Part shown: piece by piece, positions 57,400 through 64,000 of the stretch
Numbering within the stretch: the first letter of the stretch is position 1
Layout: every line of letters starts with the position of its first letter
The notes under the pieces: model-generated
What the model saw: only the letters and a program-made list of their open reading frames with translations
Databases searched by the model: none
Told to the model about the DNA's origin: nothing
Translations under genes and position numbers: made by a program
Source of the DNA: Tubulanus polymorphus
Taxonomy: Eukaryota > Animalia > Nemertea
DNA: 64,000 bases
NCBI RefSeq assembly: GCF_964204645.1
Contig: NC_134027.1
Coordinates: forward strand, 372,001-436,000
Direction: 5' to 3'

Positions 57400-60300
57400 T
57401 GTAAAAATATTTTCAAATTCAGTCTGATTTGTGCCAGATTGTAACTGTAGAAGTTTCACTCATTGTTTCAGTCTAATTGAGATGTGGCTGGTGTACATGT
57501 AACATTGAGTGTGTAACACTGCAGTCATTTCTTCAATTATTCCTCCTCAGTTGGAAGAATGTTTGTTCTCTCATCTTCATTAGCGATAAGAATCAATCCC
57601 ATCCGTCTAACAACAGCATCGTAACATTTCCACTTATCTAATCCTAGAGGGAATGAGTAGTATGAGGTTTGGGTATGGAGTGGGGCAGGGTAAGGTGTAG
57701 TTGACAGTTAGGGTAGGATAGGGTAATGTGATGAGGTAAGGTCGGTCGGATGATGCAGGGTTATTTGATGTGGTTGGATTGGATGATGAGTTTGATATGG
57801 AACTGGTCGAGGTGGGTGTATGTGGTAGTGTACGGTGTGTATGTTCGAAGGGTGTATGATAACTGATTGAAAGGTTGCTGTTAGAGGTCAGTGCAGTAGT
57901 GATGCTGGTATAGTTTGTGTAAGGTAGGCGTCGGTGTACCGGCTTAAGTATAGGGTAAGGCATGGTCAGAGTAATGTTACCGTAGAGGAAAAGTTATGTG
58001 GGGAAGGGTGTTTTTGTTTTCAGCCCACTTGAGACTTAAGTCTCAGCGGGCCGTTGCATTTTCTTTTCATCCGTTGTCCGTTTGTGCATCCGCAGACGGA
58101 ATACAGTTATTCTTGGAGGATTTTAAGTTTTCCAACGCCACTGCATATGTTCTCCAGGGGGTGTTGAGTATAGAATTTTCAGATTGTCAGGAATTTCACC
58201 AAGTGTGCATGGTGTCCCTGGACTCCCCAATTTTGAAATTCGGGTGAATTCTGTAGAATTCTAATGATTGGTTAAATGGGCATCACTCTTTATTGGAATT
58301 CTGTGCTTAAAATATTGAATATGAAAGTAAGAACAGACGTCGTAGCTGTCACTGTGGACAGTGAATCTATTTCTGATTTGTGTGGATGTGACGGCGCAGG
58401 TGGTGGCCATTACTTCGAGGTCACCTCTTAATCATTACATGTCCTTAGATGGATAGGACACAAGGGTAAATGAAAACATTCTTTAGGTTACTGCCAGGTT
58501 TTAGGGTATCGTACCAAGCCTTACCTTCCCGACCTCCTTCCCTCGCTAGCTATTCCAAAATCTCTATATGAGATACATCGAGAACGATGCTATTGAAGAT
58601 TGAATTCATCGATTCATTTTGGAATTGAAACTTGTTTCATGGAACAAATGGTGCTGCAAATAAACAATATCATCAAACAATGATTCTGATTGACTATAGT
58701 GAACTGCTGCCCTACTACTGGTTTTAAAAGCACTGATTGAGATAGATTCAAACCCAGTTCAATTACTTATTTCCGAACACTTACTGCCGGTTGGTATTGG
58801 TACATAGCCAGGAGAGACAGCCATAAGAAAAAGAAAGAAAATGAAGAACATGAAGAGTGGGGGGTTTAGTCCACTGTCTGCCTAGCGGGTAGGCAGTGGT
58901 CTATTACTACCTCGACTCAAAAAAAAGGTGAGCTTAAAGCCACCAAGCACAAAAGTGGGGTCTGAAGGGTAGTCCTCTGCTGGCTTAGAGGGCAGGCATT
59001 GGTCTATTCTTACCTCACGTGCTTAAAAATGTTCACAAAAATGGCTATTAAGAGAGAGAGAGTGAGTGAGAGAGAGGAGGTGCTAAGTTTCCTGTACTTG
59101 ACTGGGTGTAAAGTGATCAATAATGGAAATCATTTACGGTAAACCTTGAGTTTACTAACAATGTATTTTGGGTTCAGAGTCTATTTCCCAACAGTTTGCT
59201 GTTCACAAGCTGGTAGTAGGGTAAAAACTACCGGTATTCAGAGATTTGTGAATCAGAAGTTTTGCCATCATTTGCTTCATGAATCATTCACTTGTTAAAA
59301 TGAATGATGTGACACACATGTAAAATACTGTTACTGATTTATCATTTTTGATGGTGTCTTGATATTCGATATCTTGCAGGTATCGTCTCCTAGTATTTCA
59401 CATAGAATTGAGGAGTAGTTTGAGTGAGTGGGAGGCATGGAGAGATTGGGCTCAAGATATCTCACTCGTTTGTTTAGGTTTAGTTTGGGATCATCTTATT
59501 CAGCTTCAGTGTATAATACATCCTCGACTACTTTTCAACTAGTAGTTCATCGTAGGTTTTTGACATCACATCCATAGCTCCTTCCACTACTCGTGAATTT
59601 ACAATTCATTCCTATCCGATGATGCTATTTATGATGGAATGTGTTAAAGTAGATGTCTATGTGTTTTCATCTTTTGGTAAATCGTGAAAAATTCTGGCTA
59701 ATTTGAATCGAACGCCATTGATTATTATCTTGCGCGGTAATGATGGAAAAATTCAAAATGCGAATAGCTGTGTGGAATAAGAGAATGTCTTGAAAGGATT
59801 TGAGACATTGAGATGTGTAAAGAGAGACTGATTACACCTGTACTGTCCTAGCCCCTCCCCAGGCAGTCACCACCTCGCCCCAACCAATTTTACCAAATCA
59901 CCCTCACCTCAACAACATCAAAATCCCTTTCACTTTTCCTCTACCATTATTTTTACCATGCCGGCTACCTTATCCCTAACCCTGCAAACCACACTCTACT
60001 CTACACAAACCATACCAACATCACAACTGTACCGTCCTCCAGCACCAACCTTTCTTCATTGTCAGACACCTCTCTAACTATACATCGTACACTACCACGT
60101 ACACCCACCTCGACCGGTTCTATAACAAGCTGATCATCTAATCCAGCCATATCAAACAACCCTGCATCATCCAACCTGACCTTACCTTACCACAATACCC
60201 TATCCTCCCCTAACATGTCAATCACACCATTCCCTTTTCCATTCCATCCCCAAGCGCCATACTACTCATTCCCTCTATGATTGAATAAGATAGAAATGTT

Positions 60301-60520
60301 ACAATGTTGTAGTTAGACGGATGGGATTGATTTTCTTTGCTAATGAAGATGAGAGATCAAACATTCTTCTAACTGAGGAGGAATAAGTGAACAAACTACA
60401 GCGGTGTTACACACTCAATGTTACACGTACATCAGTTATATCTCAATTAGACTGAAACAATGAGTGAAACTTCTACAGTTACAATCTGACACAAATCAGA
60501 CTGTGTCAGAAAACATTTTA
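57400..60520. repeat. ~0.6-kb diverged inverted duplication (57400-57995 vs 59930-60520)
   Basis: cagattgtaactgtagaagtttcactcattgtttcagtctaattgagat is the exact reverse complement of sequence at ~60438-60488; similarity extends through the G-rich/C-rich parts. Confidence 0.9.
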
Positions 60521-60774
60521 ACATTAGCCCCACGTGCTGAGTGGATGATAGACATCATGAGACTCATCAAATTTTGAGAAATTAGTTTAATTGAAAAATT
60601 AATCTAAGCAATGTCTGTTTTTGCATTTCAGAGGTTGATGTTACCTGAACATGCAGTTCTGAGCTGACTCCATATCAGGTGAGCATGTATGCAGTGAAAT
60701 TGGATAAAATCATGAGATTTTCCAAGAGCTCTTATTAGTGGAATTTTATCTCTAATAGCCCTTGATCCAAGTGC

Positions 60775-60987
60775 TGCCCAGTGAGACACTGTCTGGTGAA
60801 CTCAACATCCAAGTGCTGCAGAATCTACCCCCAGTGAGACACTGTCTGGTGAACTCAACATCCAAGTGCTGCAGAATCTACCCCCAGTGAGACACTGTCT
60901 GGTGAACTCAACATCCAAGTGCTGCAGAATCTACCCCCAGTGAGACACTGTCTGGTGAACTCAACATCCAAGTGCTGCAGAATCTAG
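60775..60987. repeat. 53-bp repeat, 4 copies; same unit again at 62160-62360
   Basis: ccagtgagacactgtctggtgaactcaacatccaagtgctgcagaatctaccc. Confidence 0.95.
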
Positions 60988-62491
60988 GTTTGAATTCTCT
61001 TAGATTTTTTAAACCTAAAATTCTAAGATATTCTGTAAAGACAACAATTTGACCAGTTGTCCTTTTGACTGCATGTTTTGAGTGATTTCCAATTAGCTAC
61101 ATGATTCAATGGTGGTTGTCAAATGGCTCAATATTTCCCAAACCATTTTCTAATTTATAACTGTCAAAATTCATTTGTTCAATCATGAGGTCTAGAATTG
61201 GTTTTCATTGAATACATGAAATCCAGATATTTTATTTGTTGATTTCAAAATTATTTATTTCGCCGATTCATTTCTAATCTCACTTTGGCAACTCATTCTG
61301 AATCAGCGACGGAAGGTGACAAACTGGTCACATCGAAATACGCTGTGCTCGGTGCCTCGGGATCCGAACCCAAACCTGACCACACGTATAAATCCAATTG
61401 AATCCATTCGGGTTCTTCCTTTTCTTAGTTAAACTCGTTTCTGTGGTTGCGAGACGGCGGGAAGAAAAATAGCGGTGGTGGTAAGGGGGTGGTAGCCCTT
61501 TAAGTGAATATGCTCGGTGACAGGGATGGCGAAAGGCCACCCGGGGAGGACGATAGCATGAGGGCATCGGACGCTCCTTTACTGAACCGCGGACTCTGGG
61601 GCCCGAGAGTATCGTGTGTATGATCACTTACTCGATAGGGTAGTCATGTGCGTCAAGAGATACGGGCATTTCTATCCTAGCCTCAGTTGTCTGCGGGGAC
61701 GCACCTTAAAACAGTTTGAAAAAATCACCTCGAACATGTTTAAGCATAATTCATGGGCGCCAAAAAAAAGAATAAACAGAAAGAAAGAAAGAGGTGTCGG
61801 TCGTTTTTATAAACCACTAGGGGCGAGTTTAGCTTAGGCGAGGAATTTGGCATCTTAGAAATATATTCGAAATTCCTAGGTTTTAATAGAGAATTCAGCA
61901 GGTAAAATATTTGAGTATTTTATGTGATTCAATTCTAAATTGTAACCTCATCGTGCAATGTATTTTATTGGAATGAACTTAAACATGCAGGCTGGACATC
62001 ACGTGATGTTTTGAAATATAGATTCAGGAACATTGACAATTCCTGATTTGAAGCACATGTTTTTACCACAAAGCAGTTAAACTTTACTCTATCTACTGTA
62101 TGATTACATTCTAACATGTATTTCTTTCCATTATTTTTCTATCATTCACGCCGAGATCATCTACTCCCAGTGAGAACTGTCTGGTGAACTCAACATCCAA
62201 GTGCTGCAGAATCTACCCCCAGTGAGACACTGTCTGGTGAACTCGACATCCAAGTGCTGCAGAATCTACCTCCAGTGAGACACTGTCTGGTGAACTCAAC
62301 ATCCAAGTGCTGCAGAATCTACCCCCAGTGAGACACTGTCTGGTGAACTCAACATCCAAGGAGATGATCTGTTAATTACACTCATGGTTGTGCTGGCTAC
62401 TGATATGGGAGGTATGTATCCTATCTGGAGCCAATTTCACTTTGATTCCAACAACTAATTTCTTATGATTCTCCATTTCATTTTCCATTAG

Positions 62492-63949
62492 AAGGAACTG
62501 TGTTATTATGATTTGTCTGAGTGTCCGTTAATGTTAGTTGAACTGTAACTCAGAGAAGTGAACCGTGGATGTTATAACTCCACAGATGTCATGTATGTAT
62601 CAGGACAACTTTCATTATCAATGAATATATGTTTTATTTTTTCATAATCTATGAAATAGATGTCATTGAATCTGTTATTTTCATTTCAGTGTCCTAAGTT
62701 TAACTGTAAAGGATAGAACCGATAGCTGAATTGAATTCAACTCCTCCGGCAATGTTTGAGTCAGCTTCAGATATGAGTGGTATGTGTGTATGGAGACGAA
62801 TTCAATTTGTGAGAATCTGTGAGATATAAATGTTACAATGTAGAATTTGTTATTCTCATTTCAGTGTCCATCAATATTAAGCTGAACTGATGCAGAATGA
62901 ACTTATAGATAATGAACTGAATTGCTGGAGTCAGCTACTACTGGTCTGTGGTATGTGTTTGGAGCCAGAAATTTAACAATGACTGTAATATAATCTCAGA
63001 GCTGCCAACTGTTACTGATTTTCAGTATTTGTAACGATTTTGTTACGAGAAATACTGATTTAGTTAATTCACATTTTGATGAAATGTTACTGAAAAAAGC
63101 TCAATTTGTTGGTGATAACACTTTTCAGGGGTTGGCAGCCCTGTAATCTGATAAATAGATGTAATAAACAGATTGTTCTCATTTCAGTGTCCGATCAATG
63201 TTAGTTACACTATAAGGAATAGACCCAGTAGCTGAATTGAACTGAACTGATCCACAGTGAATATTTGAGTCACCTTCAGATATTAGTGGTATGTCTGTAT
63301 GCAGACAAAATTCTATTTTAACAACTGAGTTTGTGTTTTAAATCTTTGAAATAAGTAGGCCTATAATATCATTGAATCTGTTATTTTCATTTCAGTGTTT
63401 GTCATTATAAGCTGAACTGGTAAATAATTAACGTACAAACTCCACTGGTTGAGTCACCTACAGACACATGGTATGTGTATAGAGATTAATTCAATGAATC
63501 TGAAATACTTTGTTTCTTAGTTATAAATGATTTTCCATTTTGTTTTAATCTGTTAGGAGATGAACTGAACAAATCAACAGTTCGAATTCTGTATCAATAA
63601 GTGGTATGTATGAAAACAGAATTTCAACAACTTATTTCATAATTTCCTGCAATAGAATCTGATAAATAATTGCCATTGAATCCGTTGTTTTCATTTCAGT
63701 GTCAATCATTGTTCGTTGAACTGTAAAGAATGAATGAACCAACATCTTATTTGAACTGAACTCTACAGTCCATGGTTGAATCTATAGCTATAGACATACA
63801 GTACGTGGTGTGTGTGTATGGAGGCAATTTCAATTTAATTGAAACACTTGTTTCATTATAATTATTAATGATTATTATGATTATCCATTTTGTTTTAATC
63901 TGTTTAGGAGAAACCTGAACCAAGGATGTTATATTGCCACAGATATCAT
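62492..63949 (+). ncRNA. Array of >=8 short, related exons with conserved splice sites and no ORF (putative spliced lncRNA or decayed tandem-exon gene)
   Basis: Exons 62492-62592, 62690-62779, 62865-62950, 63188-63288, 63396-63470, 63557-63603, 63700-~63807, 63908-63949; recurring tcatttcag|TGT and gtatgt donors. Confidence 0.55.
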
Positions 63950-64000
63950 GTATGTATCAACGTCTTTCTGTTTTATTCCGTTTCTGTTCTGCAGAAGAAT

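Noticed and set aside
61305-61385. RNase P RNA-like motifs (ggaagg ... aacccaaacctgacca)
   Set aside because: Only ~55 nt apart, far too close for RNase P RNA, and no convincing P4 pairing
231-62360. CRISPR-like appearance of the many 28-63-bp arrays
   Set aside because: Units are head-to-tail with no unique spacers, no cas genes, and the DNA is eukaryotic with spliceosomal introns
62690-62950. Selenoprotein reading of the micro-exon array (one frame has only TGA stops)
   Set aside because: The next exon has TAA in that frame and exon lengths do not keep phase

Overview
AT-rich, intron-rich animal (invertebrate, probably lophotrochozoan; inference) genomic DNA, not prokaryotic. Left to right: (1) the first three coding exons of a Nicolin-1 (NICN1) orthologue on the minus strand; (2) head-to-head with it, a ~25 kb, 34-exon plus-strand HELZ2-like gene (~3,850 aa by my manual splicing) with a Lys/Glu/Ala/Pro repeat, a ZC3H7-type CCCH/C2H2 zinc-finger array, a UPF1-like SF1 helicase, an RNB domain and a second SF1 helicase; (3) a spliced, low-complexity orphan gene (~340 aa; polyQ, S/T-P sites, NLS) at 32.9-48.6 kb whose long intron holds a decayed DIRS-type retrotransposon, a Helentron-like insert and a Penelope-like end; (4) 49-64 kb of satellites, a ~0.6 kb inverted duplication and apparently non-coding tandem-exon arrays. 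Most notable: several HELZ2 intronic minisatellites are tandem copies of the adjacent splice junction (one has 21 near-identical 3' splice sites, each paired with a CTCF-type motif); the RNB and second-helicase active sites are degenerate; and ISRE-type and Rel/NF-kB-type motifs sit around the shared promoter. All gene models are manual, without expression data.
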